64,000 bases of DNA from Anaerolineae bacterium (lineage in GTDB: Bacteria > Chloroflexota > Anaerolineae > Aggregatilineales > UBA3940): the NCBI GenBank assembly GCA_034435375.1, contig DAOTXR010000052.1:228093-292092 (forward strand). The letters are read 5' to 3'. The notes under the pieces were generated by a model that had not been told where the DNA came from, made no database searches, and was given only the letters and a program-made list of their open reading frames with translations. Below are positions 37,881 to 46,736 of this stretch, piece by piece (within the stretch, counting starts at the first letter, position 1; every line of letters begins with the position of its first letter). The position numbers were made by a program, and so were the translations under genes.

Positions 37881-39515
37881 CTATCTCGTCAGTCGCTGTC
37901 GGACGGCGGCCCACAGTAATTGGGGTTCCTCCAAACCCAGCAGGGTCGTCAGGCCGACATACAGCCCTGCCCCCAGCAATCCTGGCACCGCGACGGCCAG
38001 CAGCTCAACCAGGTCGCCCCTGACCAGAAAGAGCGCCTCGATTCCCACCAGGCTACCATAGATTGCCAGCCCCATCACACCAGCCGCAGCCAGAACTACT
38101 CCCAATGCACGCCCCAGGCCCATCTCGCGCCACCCACCGATGCGCCTGCCCAACAACAACGCCGAGATCAGCGTGTGGAGCAGATGTTTAAACGAGTCGG
38201 CGATCATCAAACTGAACAATCCCCAGGTGGGCAACAGTCCGGCGGCCAGCAACAGATAGGCCACAATGGTTCCCACACCGATCAGGGAGGGGGTTAGTGT
38301 GTCCTGCCGTGCATAGAAGGCAAACACCAGGAGCAGGTCGACAGCGGCAAAGGGCAAGCCCAGCAGGTAACAGCGCAACGCCCAGGAAGTCATCACCGTG
38401 TCGAGCGGCACAAAGCTGCCGTGCTCATACAGCAGTGCGACGGTGGGTTCGGAGAGCAGAAACAGCCCTACTGTGGCCGGGACAATCAGCACGATCACCA
38501 ACCGCAGGCCGCGGGCCAACATGCTCCGAAATGCGCCATTGGAATTGCCGGCTGTCTCGCCAGCCGCATAAGCTGACAGAGTAGGCAGCACTGCCAGCGA
38601 GATGGCCGTGGCGACCAATCCCTGGGGCAGTTGGGTCAGATATGTGGCGTAACCCATCCATGAGATACCGCCCTCACCAGTCTGTGAGGCTAAGTTGTAA
38701 CTGATTGGACGGCTGATCAGTACGTCCGCTGCCAGCGGGATCAGACTGGGGATGTACAGCAGTGCCACGCGACGCAGGCCGGGATGCGAGAGCCTGAGTC
38801 CAAGTCGCAAGCCTGTATCGCGCAGTCCTGGAAGCTGCAGCACAACCTGTCCGACTGCTCCACTCAGCAGCCCTACAGCCATCGATGCGACGCCAAGCTG
38901 CCTGTGAAACAGCAGAGCAGCAACTACAATGCAGGCATTGAACACCGCTGCTGTGAATGAGGGGTAGCTGAATCGCTTGAGAGCATAAAGCAACCCAGAC
39001 AGCACCCCCGACAGGCTCAGGAAAAGCACTGCCGGAACGGTGATGCGCATCAGCCGGGCAGCCAGGGTCAACGTCTCCGGTGTGGAGCTGCTGCTGATGG
39101 CGAAAGCAACCTGCGGGGCGAAAATCTCAATCGCCACCACTGTGGCTGCCAGCACGGCAACCGTCAGACTAAGCAATGCATTGACCAGTTCCCACAGCTC
39201 CTGACGGTTTTCTGATGCATAGCTGCTGAACACTGGCACCAAAGCGCCGTTGACCATCCCACCAATCAGCAGGTCATACAACATGGTAGGAACGATCGTC
39301 GCAATTCCGTAAGCATCGACTGCGCCGCCTGCCCCAAAGAAGTGCGATTTGACCGTTTCACGTGCCAGTCCCAGCACCCGGCTGGTGATATTGCCCAGCG
39401 CGATCAGGCTAGCCGCGTGGGCAATCTGTGTCGTTTCGCGGACTTCAGACTCAGAAGGCAAACCCGGTGGGGACACAGAGAAGGCATCTTTCTGGATGGT
39501 CGGCTCGACGCCCAT
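37881..39515 (-). CDS. murJ: Lipid II flippase MurJ (MviN family)
   Basis: GNITSRVLGLARETVKSHFFGAGGAVDAYGIATIVPTMLYDLLIGG and about 14 TM segments. The ORF track starts at TTG 39680, on the same base as the divergent gene. I prefer ATG 39515 (MGVEPT). The start is uncertain. Confidence 0.85.
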   Translation of the reverse strand: MGVEPTIQKDAFSVSPPGLPSESEVRETTQIAHAASLIALGNITSRVLGLARETVKSHFFGAGGAVDAYGIATIVPTMLYDLLIGGMVNGALVPVFSSYASENRQELWELVNALLSLTVAVLAATVVAIEIFAPQVAFAISSSSTPETLTLAARLMRITVPAVLFLSLSGVLSGLLYALKRFSYPSFTAAVFNACIVVAALLFHRQLGVASMAVGLLSGAVGQVVLQLPGLRDTGLRLGLRLSHPGLRRVALLYIPSLIPLAADVLISRPISYNLASQTGEGGISWMGYATYLTQLPQGLVATAISLAVLPTLSAYAAGETAGNSNGAFRSMLARGLRLVIVLIVPATVGLFLLSEPTVALLYEHGSFVPLDTVMTSWALRCYLLGLPFAAVDLLLVFAFYARQDTLTPSLIGVGTIVAYLLLAAGLLPTWGLFSLMIADSFKHLLHTLISALLLGRRIGGWREMGLGRALGVVLAAAGVMGLAIYGSLVGIEALFLVRGDLVELLAVAVPGLLGAGLYVGLTTLLGLEEPQLLWAAVRQRLTR

Positions 39516-39679
39516 GTAGTCACGTCCCTGGAAAGAATAACGCGCCTGATTGTACTGGGCACTATCAGGGGTCGCAATACGCCCTCCCGGCGCTTGAAAT
39601 GCGGCTGTCCTGCGTGGTAAGGTCAGATTGCGTCTATCTGGAGTATGATTCCTGAAACTGTTTCCTCGTCGGAGCGACA

Positions 39680-40318
39680 ATGCTCGTAAACACCGTCCAT
39701 GACCTGATTGACCGACTCGTCACCCTACCGGGTTCAGAACAACTCGCCAATCCCTACGCCCCGGTTGACGATTCTAGGGCAGCCATCCGACGAGACAATC
39801 TGGCACGCTACTTGGTTGACATGCAGCAACGCCAGCCCCGTGTGTTGATGTTGGCCGAGGCCCCGGGGCATCGGGGTTGTGCGCTGAGTGGCATCCCAGT
39901 GACAAGCGAGCGCATTATGCTGCGGGGAGTCGCAAAGTGGGGGCTGTTTGGGGAGGGCTATCGTGCAACCAGTGGCCATCCGCAGGGGGTAGCTGAAATG
40001 ACCGCTACGATTCTGTGGAGCGCACTCATTCGGTACGCCGATCAGCCACCGCTGATCTGGAATGCGCTCCCGCTTCACCCACACCTGCCGAGCCGGCCAC
40101 AGTCCAATCGGACTCCCACTGCCATTGAGCAGCGTATAGGTCTCCCGTTCATCCGAGCTGTATGTGACTTGTTCTCGTTTGATCTGATCCTGGCGGTGGG
40201 GCGCAAGGCTCAGGGCGCTCTGGACATGCTGAGCTTGCCCTATGTCCCTCTACGGCACCCCTCACAAGGGGGGAAAGCGACATTCGAGGAGGGGATGCGA
40301 GGAGTGTTTAGGGTCTGA
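39680..40318 (+). CDS. Uracil-DNA glycosylase superfamily protein
   Basis: 212 aa. LMLAEAPGHRGCALSGIPVTSE resembles the GEAPG-type motif A of UDG families 4-6. C-terminal PLRHPSQGG resembles the HPS motif B. Confidence 0.65.
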   Translation: MLVNTVHDLIDRLVTLPGSEQLANPYAPVDDSRAAIRRDNLARYLVDMQQRQPRVLMLAEAPGHRGCALSGIPVTSERIMLRGVAKWGLFGEGYRATSGHPQGVAEMTATILWSALIRYADQPPLIWNALPLHPHLPSRPQSNRTPTAIEQRIGLPFIRAVCDLFSFDLILAVGRKAQGALDMLSLPYVPLRHPSQGGKATFEEGMRGVFRV

Positions 40319-40329
40319 GGCAGCCGTCG

Positions 40330-42153
40330 TCAATTGCTGCTGGCAGCCTGCGATGAGGCGCTGGCCGCGGTCTCTGCCTGGCGGTGCGTTTCCTCAGCCT
40401 TGCGCAGGTTGACTATCTCTAGCGGAATGGCAACCACCATGGTGGTACCCTGACCCTGCACTGACTGGATGGTGAGGTCCCCTTCGACCAGCGCTGCGCG
40501 TTCCTGGAGGTTGATCAAGCCCAGATGCCCCTCGCGTTGACGAGCTTCGGCAAGAGCCTTCTCGACGTCAAAGCCGCGCCCATTGTCGCTGATCTCCAGG
40601 ACCAGCGCATTCTGGCGCACAGTCAGCCTGATCCGGATCAGCTGGGCCGTGGCATGTTTGCGGGCATTGTTGACCGCCTCTGTAGCGATGGAGAACAGAG
40701 TCAGAGTGGTCTGGCCATCGAGCAGTTGATCGCAGTTGTCCTCGACCGTCACCTCCACATCCTGGTCGTAGGTCTCCTTCATCTTGCTGGCTAGCTGTTC
40801 TAGCCCGGCCCCAAGGCCCTGTTCGAGCGCTTTGGGCCGCAACTCGAACAGCAACGCACGGATCTCTTTGGTCGTCCGGCGGGCCATCTCCTCGATCTGG
40901 TATAACTCGCTGACTGCCGACTCGGGCTTCTTCTCAATCAATCGTCGGATGTAATTAAGCCGCATGGTGATGGCTGCCACACTTTGCGTGGGGCCATCGT
41001 GCAATTCACTGGCAAGCTGGGCGCGGGCTGACTTCTCGACCTCGATGATGCGGTCGCGCTGCTCGCGCAGTGACACGTAGAGCTTGGCGTTATACAATGA
41101 GGCAGCCGCCTGATTGGCGACGGCTCGCATCAATTCTACATGGAGGTCTCGGAAAGCATCTTCTTCCATGCTGCCAACCAGCATGACGCCGTAGGATACC
41201 TCTTTGCCCGTGCTCAGTGGCAGGCACATCACTGTCTTGCATGTCCGAAAGGTCTGAAACTGCTGAAGTTCAGTGTCACTGGTTGGGGCGTTGGCTATGG
41301 TCGGTCTGAGAGTGCTGATTGCTTTGCCAATGGTGCTCGCCAGGCCAGGGACAACCACATGATAGTCACTGGGCATCACGCTTGCGCTGGCCCGCGCCAT
41401 ACGTAGCACGGTACCCAGCTCCTCGTCGTTGTCAAAGAGCAGAATTGCAGCAAACAGAGGAGGTCGAACCCCTACCCGTTCCAGTCCTTCCAGGCCGAAC
41501 TCTACGGCAGACGACAGCACACGCTTGGGGTCAAGTTGAGAGGCGCTAAGCACATCGACCATCTCATACACCACGCGCATGTACTCGTTGGCCAACCGTG
41601 TGACCTGCTCGGCGCGCTGCCCGCGGCTGCGCAACAGGTCGCGCAATGCAGCCTCCTCAGTCCTGTCGTGGCTGAGCAGGGCGCTGATCGGTCCGACAGC
41701 CGGCAGGGCAACCGCTGTCAGGATGAGAGTGGGCAGGTCAAGGGTAGATTGCCCGGACATGGCGATCTGAGGGATCTGAGTGGCTGCCGCAACCACAAAG
41801 CCAGTGATCAGGCTGGGCATCCAATTGAAATAGAACCCCGTGACGGCAGCAGGTATCAGCCCCAGCCATACCAGGCGTGCATCGATGGCAAACACAGCCG
41901 TGCCCACCAATCCGACATCGAGCGCCACAGTCAACGCTGTCATGCTGCGCGACCAGTAGGTGTAGATGAGCAACAGGGCCAACAGCAGGTTAGAAACGGT
42001 GGCCGCCACTCCGACGACGATCATCGGAGCAACTTTCGACTCAAGTGATGCGCTGGAGTCAAACAGGGTCAGTACCAACACCCCCAGGGGGATCATCCAC
42101 CTCAGCCCAAAAAGCGCCCACTCTCTGTGAGAAACCGGTATTCGCTTAAACAC
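40330..42153 (-). CDS. Sensor histidine kinase (multi-TM + GAF-like + HisKA_3 + HATPase_c)
   Basis: About 6 N-terminal TM segments. LASELHDGPTQSVAAI is the HisKA_3 H-box. NNARKHA, ISDNGRGFD, GLINLQERA, GQGTTM. Confidence 0.85.
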   Translation of the reverse strand: MFKRIPVSHREWALFGLRWMIPLGVLVLTLFDSSASLESKVAPMIVVGVAATVSNLLLALLLIYTYWSRSMTALTVALDVGLVGTAVFAIDARLVWLGLIPAAVTGFYFNWMPSLITGFVVAAATQIPQIAMSGQSTLDLPTLILTAVALPAVGPISALLSHDRTEEAALRDLLRSRGQRAEQVTRLANEYMRVVYEMVDVLSASQLDPKRVLSSAVEFGLEGLERVGVRPPLFAAILLFDNDEELGTVLRMARASASVMPSDYHVVVPGLASTIGKAISTLRPTIANAPTSDTELQQFQTFRTCKTVMCLPLSTGKEVSYGVMLVGSMEEDAFRDLHVELMRAVANQAAASLYNAKLYVSLREQRDRIIEVEKSARAQLASELHDGPTQSVAAITMRLNYIRRLIEKKPESAVSELYQIEEMARRTTKEIRALLFELRPKALEQGLGAGLEQLASKMKETYDQDVEVTVEDNCDQLLDGQTTLTLFSIATEAVNNARKHATAQLIRIRLTVRQNALVLEISDNGRGFDVEKALAEARQREGHLGLINLQERAALVEGDLTIQSVQGQGTTMVVAIPLEIVNLRKAEETHRQAETAASASSQAASSN

Positions 42154-42249
42154 AGGAGTCTATCCCATCCGAATCACCTTAAGAATGAAAATGCGGCGCA
42201 CACCACGCTAGTCCTTCATGGGTGCTGCCGCATGTCAGTTCCTCTTGAA

Positions 42250-42323
<74 letters not shown>

Positions 42324-42336
42324 AACGATGGTTGAC

Positions 42337-42365
42337 ATTATAGCATTGGCACCCATGCCTGGCAA
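42337..42365 (-). promoter_or_regulatory. Near-consensus sigma70-type promoter for tRNA-Val
   Basis: Minus-strand read: TTGCCA (42365-42360), 17 nt, TATAAT (42342-42337). The tRNA 5' end at 42323 lies 13 nt downstream. Confidence 0.65.
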
Positions 42366-42536
42366 CTATCTTGGAGCACGAATTCTTAATTCGAGATAGC
42401 TGCCCTCTCCTCACAAGTGTACCTGCACTCAGCCCAAGCGCAAGAGACCGATAGGCTTTTGTGATGAGGCAACATCGTTGTCAGGCGATACCTAAGATGA
42501 TAGACTCTGTCTAAAATTAGGCAAGATTCCATCGCG

Positions 42537-43202
42537 TTGGCCGATACTGCCTGTGGAATCGTCGACAATGGAGGGGAAAAACTGTTGGACAGGCAACGCC
42601 GCGATCTTGAAGAACAAATGCAGCGCGAAGGTCGGCTGCCCCCTGGCCAGTCGCTGACGCTCAAGTTCCCGGTTCTGCACTACGGACCAGTGCCGTCATT
42701 CGATGCCAAGACCTGGACACTACGGGTGTTTGGCCTAGTAAACAATGAGAAGTCCTGGACCTGGGATGAATTTCTCAAGCTACCCACTAAGACGGTTACA
42801 TGTGATATTCATTGCGTCACCCGCTGGAGCAAGTTCGATACGGTCTGGGAGGGTGTGCCTTTCCGCCATGTAGCTGAACTGGTGGGTGTGAGGCCGGAGG
42901 CCAAATTTGTCATCGCCCACTGTGAGTATGGCTTCACCACCAATGTGCCGCTCGAGGTTATGATGGATGACGATGTGCTACTGGCCTACAAATACGATGG
43001 GCAATTCCTGGAACCCGACCATGGCTTCCCGCTGCGCACCTTGGTCCCCAAGCGTTACTTCTGGAAGAGCGCTAAGTGGCTACGCGGCATTGAGTTTACC
43101 GACCGCGACCGTCCCGGTTTCTGGGAACAAGCAGGTTACCACAATGAGGCTGATCCCTGGCTGGAGCAACGCCACGCACGGTGGACTGGATTGGGGTGGT
43201 AG
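42537..43202 (+). CDS. Sulfite-oxidase-fold molybdopterin oxidoreductase (small, YedY/SUOX-like)
   Basis: [22 protein letters not shown]...[19 protein letters not shown]...[40 protein letters not shown]. The start is uncertain: the ORF track gives TTG 42537, and TTG 42585 behind GGAGGGG is an alternative. Confidence 0.8.
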   Translation: MADTACGIVDNGGEKLLDRQRRDLEEQMQREGRLPPGQSLTLKFPVLHYGPVPSFDAKTWTLRVFGLVNNEKSWTWDEFLKLPTKTVTCDIHCVTRWSKFDTVWEGVPFRHVAELVGVRPEAKFVIAHCEYGFTTNVPLEVMMDDDVLLAYKYDGQFLEPDHGFPLRTLVPKRYFWKSAKWLRGIEFTDRDRPGFWEQAGYHNEADPWLEQRHARWTGLGW

Positions 43203-43226
43203 CCCGACTCATGGGCTGGGGAACAG

Positions 43227-43255
43227 AGAACCGCTGTCACGGTAACAGCGGTTCT
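43227..43255. terminator. Stem-loop between the convergent Mo-oxidoreductase gene and dnaA (11-bp stem)
   Basis: agaaccgctgt (43227-43237), loop cacggta, acagcggttct (43245-43255), then ttcgtctt. Confidence 0.65.
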
Positions 43256-43273
43256 TTCGTCTTGGCAGATTTC

Positions 43274-44680
43274 TCAATCGTAGCGAGTGCAACGCTCGCG
43301 GGTCTCCTGAGGCATCAGACTCTGCAGGATTGCCCGCACTTGGCGACGAATCGGCGAATCGGTCTCCATCAGGTCAGCGATGCGCTCGCAACTGTACAGG
43401 ACCGTACTGTGGTTGCGACCTCCTAACGCCTCTCCGATCTCCTGAAGCGAAATGTGTGCCTCGTGGTGGGCCAGGTACATGGCTACCTGTCGGGCAGCCG
43501 AGACCTCGCGCGACCGTTCACGCCCAGTCAGGTCCGCTGGCGCAACGCTATAGTATTCGGCTACCGCCATGATAATGTTCTCGAGCGTCAGCTCCGGCTT
43601 GTCGGGCGCCTGACCCAGCACCCTCTCGATTGTCTCAAGTGAGGGGACCTCGTGTGTCAGCAGGACGGTAGCGACGACTCGATTCAGAGCACCTTCCAGT
43701 TCTCGTACATTTGCGTCGTATTCCCCGGCGATCCGTTCCATCACATCGGTCGACAGGCGGCTATCAAAGCCGCGCAGCGCAGCTTTGATCCTTAGTATGT
43801 CCATACGTGTCGCAAGGTCGGGCGGCTGCAACTCGATCACCAGCCCGCCCTCAAAACGTGAGCGCAGGCGCGGGTCGAGATGCCGGATGCCCGACGGTGG
43901 CTTGTTGGATGCCAGGACGATCTGGGCAGCAGTGTTGTAGAGTACGTCGAAGGTGTGGTAGAACTCTTCCTGTGTGGATTCCTTGCCTGCCAGGAACTGA
44001 ACGTCGTCAACGAGCAGCACGTCGAGGTTGCGGTATTTGTCGCGAAACTCGTCAGTGTTATGGGTGCGGATAGCGCCCACTAGATCGTTAGTGAATGTCT
44101 CGGCAGAGGCAAACAGCACCCGGTAGCTGTGCTGGGCACAGGCGTTGCCGATCGCATGCAGCAGATGAGACTTGCCCAGCCCGACACCCCCATACACATA
44201 GAGTGGGTTAAACTGAGCAGCAGGGGCTTCGACCACGGCCAGTGCAGCAGCGTAAGCTAACCGATTGTTTATGCCGACTGCGTAGGTCTCGAACGTATGA
44301 CGGGGATTCAACCCGGTTTCGCCGGGAGACAACCGCTCAAAGCGGGGGACTTCTTCTCCTTCGGACTCCAGGTCGGCCAACAGCGGACCCGCTTCGTGCA
44401 GTGTGGCTTCCGACGTGCGGTCTGGGACAACCACGAAGCGTACCTCAATCCCCCGCTGAGCGACCTGGCTCAGCGTGCGGATGATCACCTTCTTCAGCCG
44501 GTGTTCCAGCCACTCTCGGGCGTAGATGTTCTGCACGCCAATGACATATGTCCCATCCTCGTGGGCAACCAGACGGGCATGGCGCAGCCAGGTATCAAAA
44601 GCCTCGCGCGGCATTTGGAGTTGTAGCTCGCCATAAGCTGTTTGCCAGATTTCGGCAGGACTGCGCGAATGATCGCTCAT
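43274..44680 (-). CDS. dnaA: Chromosomal replication initiator protein DnaA
   Basis: 468 aa: FNPLYVYGGVGLGKSHLLHAIGN (Walker A), LLVDDVQFL, RSRFEGGLVIELQPPD. C-terminal DNA-binding domain: REVSAARQVAMYLAHH...IGEALGGRNHSTVLYSCERI. Confidence 0.95.
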   Translation of the reverse strand: MSDHSRSPAEIWQTAYGELQLQMPREAFDTWLRHARLVAHEDGTYVIGVQNIYAREWLEHRLKKVIIRTLSQVAQRGIEVRFVVVPDRTSEATLHEAGPLLADLESEGEEVPRFERLSPGETGLNPRHTFETYAVGINNRLAYAAALAVVEAPAAQFNPLYVYGGVGLGKSHLLHAIGNACAQHSYRVLFASAETFTNDLVGAIRTHNTDEFRDKYRNLDVLLVDDVQFLAGKESTQEEFYHTFDVLYNTAAQIVLASNKPPSGIRHLDPRLRSRFEGGLVIELQPPDLATRMDILRIKAALRGFDSRLSTDVMERIAGEYDANVRELEGALNRVVATVLLTHEVPSLETIERVLGQAPDKPELTLENIIMAVAEYYSVAPADLTGRERSREVSAARQVAMYLAHHEAHISLQEIGEALGGRNHSTVLYSCERIADLMETDSPIRRQVRAILQSLMPQETRERCTRYD

Positions 44681-45245
44681 AGACGTTTCGATGTTGGCCG
44701 GGAATCGGAGACAAAATGCAATAGCCTTAAGCGTTTAGCCGAAAACATTCCCGACCAAACCCGAAGCTTCGCGGAAGAGTTTCGCGGCACTCTTTCCCAC
44801 GAAACGCTTAAGGCGGTTATCTCCCCGCTGATTGCCGGTTTTTATAGCGTTGCCGTGCCGCGTGACTGAGTCATGTGGTGCGGTAATCACACTGCGGCAT
44901 GCTCTCATCATAACAGAGTCAAATAGTGCAAACAACGCCATCACCTTAAAAAGTCGGATTCTTTAAGGTTGGTTTATGTTAAGAAAATTAGTATCAGGTT
45001 TGAGCGGATTGGCAGGTGACCATCAGGCAGCCCATAGCACAGGGACATCCGTGTCCGGGGATTGAACTCAGCATGGGCTGCTGCCTCCAGGGTTCTCTCA
45101 AGGTGGTTGGGACAGTGGGTAGGATTATCGGCAGAAATGTTAAAACATCGCCATTGCTTCCCACACGTCAGCGTTGGCAGCGTCTCCCCCAAATTGTGGA
45201 CAGATCGTTGCATCCTGTTTGGATCGTTGTATAATTGAGCGCAGT
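44681..45245. other. Non-coding region upstream of dnaA; candidate oriC / dnaA control region
   Basis: 565 bp with no convincing ORF. 44941-45000 is 18/60 = 30% GC by my count in an otherwise GC-rich window. There are several inverted repeats. Gene orientation is mostly minus to the left and plus to the right. No cluster of canonical TTATCCACA boxes was found. Confidence 0.35.
45208..45235 (+). promoter_or_regulatory. Near-consensus sigma70-type promoter for tRNA-Gly
   Basis: TTGCAT (45208-45213), 16 nt, TATAAT (45230-45235). The tRNA starts at 45246. Confidence 0.6.
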
Positions 45246-45317
45246 GCGGGTATAGTTCAGCGGTAGAACGTTAGCTTCCCAAGCTAAATGTCAGGGGTTC
45301 GAATCCCCTTACCCGCT
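45246..45317 (+). tRNA. tRNA-Gly (anticodon CCC)
   Basis: gcgggta ta gttc agcggta gaac g ttagc ttCCCaa gctaa atgtc agggg ttcgaat cccct tacccgc t. 72 nt, no encoded CCA. Confidence 0.9.
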
Positions 45318-45362
45318 TGTGAACATGCCATGGGGGTGCAGCTGCGTGCTGCCCCTTTGTTT

Positions 45363-46712
45363 TCATTGCCCCATATCTTCTCGCATCATATGCACTGCTC
45401 GCCGTCCGATCTCTACCGCGTAGTTCGTACCTCGATCCCACGGGTAGACCTGGCTCATCGATGCGAAGTACAACCCCCGGATTGGGGTACGGATGTCCGG
45501 GATGTGCCGGGAATGATTCACAAATGGCACCGGCTGAGCATAAGGCACACGGAACAACCACCGCTTGCGAACCCAATCTGTCGAAAAGGCCGGGTTCACC
45601 TTCTTGAGCGACGGCAGGAACCGTGCGACGATCTCTTCTTCGCTCATGCGGAAGTGCTCGTGCTCAATGGGAAGGTAATCGCCCAGATATACTAGATGAT
45701 CTCCGCCATAATGCTCCGGTGATATGTAATTTGTGTGCTCCACCAGCGCCAGGAAAGGAAAGGGGTTCTGCAGCCGATTAGGGCTTTGGGCTGGCAGGTT
45801 AAGCCAGTAGGTGCCATCGGTCATGAGCTGCCGATCGAGCGCCAGGATCAGCGCAATAGCGCCCAGGCTATGCAGTGAGCGAAGCTTCGCTGCATAGCTC
45901 TCCGGCAGATCGGGCACCAGTTTGAGCAACAGGGCCGGCCCTACCGTGCATAATACCTGGTCGAAGTACTCGGAGCGCCCGCTCACAGTCACTTCAAGCC
46001 GGCCCGCGCCCTGCATCGCAATCCGATCCACTGGTGTGCTCAGAAAGATGGCCCCCCCTCTACGCCGAACTGCCTCTGCCAAGTCCTCCAACATGGCCTG
46101 AAAACCACCGATATAGGTTCCGAGTTGTGCAGTGCGCTTGTAGGTGCGGGCCCACATCCATGCCATGTTAACCTGGTCGTAGAGAGCACCGAACTTGCCG
46201 ATCAACAAGGGCCGCCAGATCAGTTCGTGGGAGCGGGAGCCGATCCAGCGCCGCAACCAGGCGTCGGCGGTGTATTTTTCCAGCGCGATGCCTGTGGGGT
46301 ACATCTTGAGAAACGCACTGACCAGTCCGAAGCGTAGCCGATCAACAAGTGGCAGGTAAGGGATGCACAACACGTTGATCACCCGCGAGAGTGTGGCGCT
46401 GCGGGTGACTGGCGCATCGAGCGGGAATGTGCCGTGCTCGTGCCAGAGGCTGGTTGTGGGGCTGTCAAAGCGCACTTTGTCTGCGCAGCCGATCTCCCCG
46501 ATCAGCTCCAACACATCCCGGTCGGTATAGAACCAGTGATGGTAAAATTTCTCAAGCGACCAGCTCCAGGAGGGGTCCTTGAAACCAGCGGCCAGCCCGC
46601 CGACCTCGATTCCGGCCTCAAACACAGTGGCATCATAGCCCGCTCCGGCCAGGTCGTAAGCCGCGGCCAGCCCGGTAGCCCCTGCCCCAATGACTGCTAC
46701 TCTCATGAGCAC
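45363..46712 (-). CDS. NAD(P)/FAD-dependent oxidoreductase (amine-oxidase / phytoene-desaturase-like fold)
   Basis: MRVAVIGAGATGLAAAYDLAGAGYDATVFEAGIEVGGLAAGF is a dinucleotide-binding motif. About 449 aa. The substrate cannot be inferred. Confidence 0.75.
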   Translation of the reverse strand: MLMRVAVIGAGATGLAAAYDLAGAGYDATVFEAGIEVGGLAAGFKDPSWSWSLEKFYHHWFYTDRDVLELIGEIGCADKVRFDSPTTSLWHEHGTFPLDAPVTRSATLSRVINVLCIPYLPLVDRLRFGLVSAFLKMYPTGIALEKYTADAWLRRWIGSRSHELIWRPLLIGKFGALYDQVNMAWMWARTYKRTAQLGTYIGGFQAMLEDLAEAVRRRGGAIFLSTPVDRIAMQGAGRLEVTVSGRSEYFDQVLCTVGPALLLKLVPDLPESYAAKLRSLHSLGAIALILALDRQLMTDGTYWLNLPAQSPNRLQNPFPFLALVEHTNYISPEHYGGDHLVYLGDYLPIEHEHFRMSEEEIVARFLPSLKKVNPAFSTDWVRKRWLFRVPYAQPVPFVNHSRHIPDIRTPIRGLYFASMSQVYPWDRGTNYAVEIGRRAVHMMREDMGQ

Positions 46713-46736
46713 ATACCTTCAGCTAGATCGAGCAAG

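Noticed and set aside
42386-42536. Possible Moco riboswitch ahead of the molybdoenzyme gene, and a possible B12 riboswitch in 56644-57146
   Set aside because: There are some imperfect stems (cctcacaa / ttgtgatgagg), but I could not find the conserved Moco-motif or B12-box sequences. An Infernal scan would be needed, so no claim is made.
44681-45245. Canonical DnaA-box cluster, and SRP RNA / RNase P RNA / tmRNA in the dnaA-tRNA-Gly spacer
   Set aside because: I found only 2-3-mismatch box-like words, and none of the hallmark motifs (SRP GGAAGCAGCC with a GNRA loop, RNase P GAGGAAAGUCCGGGC, a tmRNA tag). The region is therefore reported only as a candidate origin or structured region.
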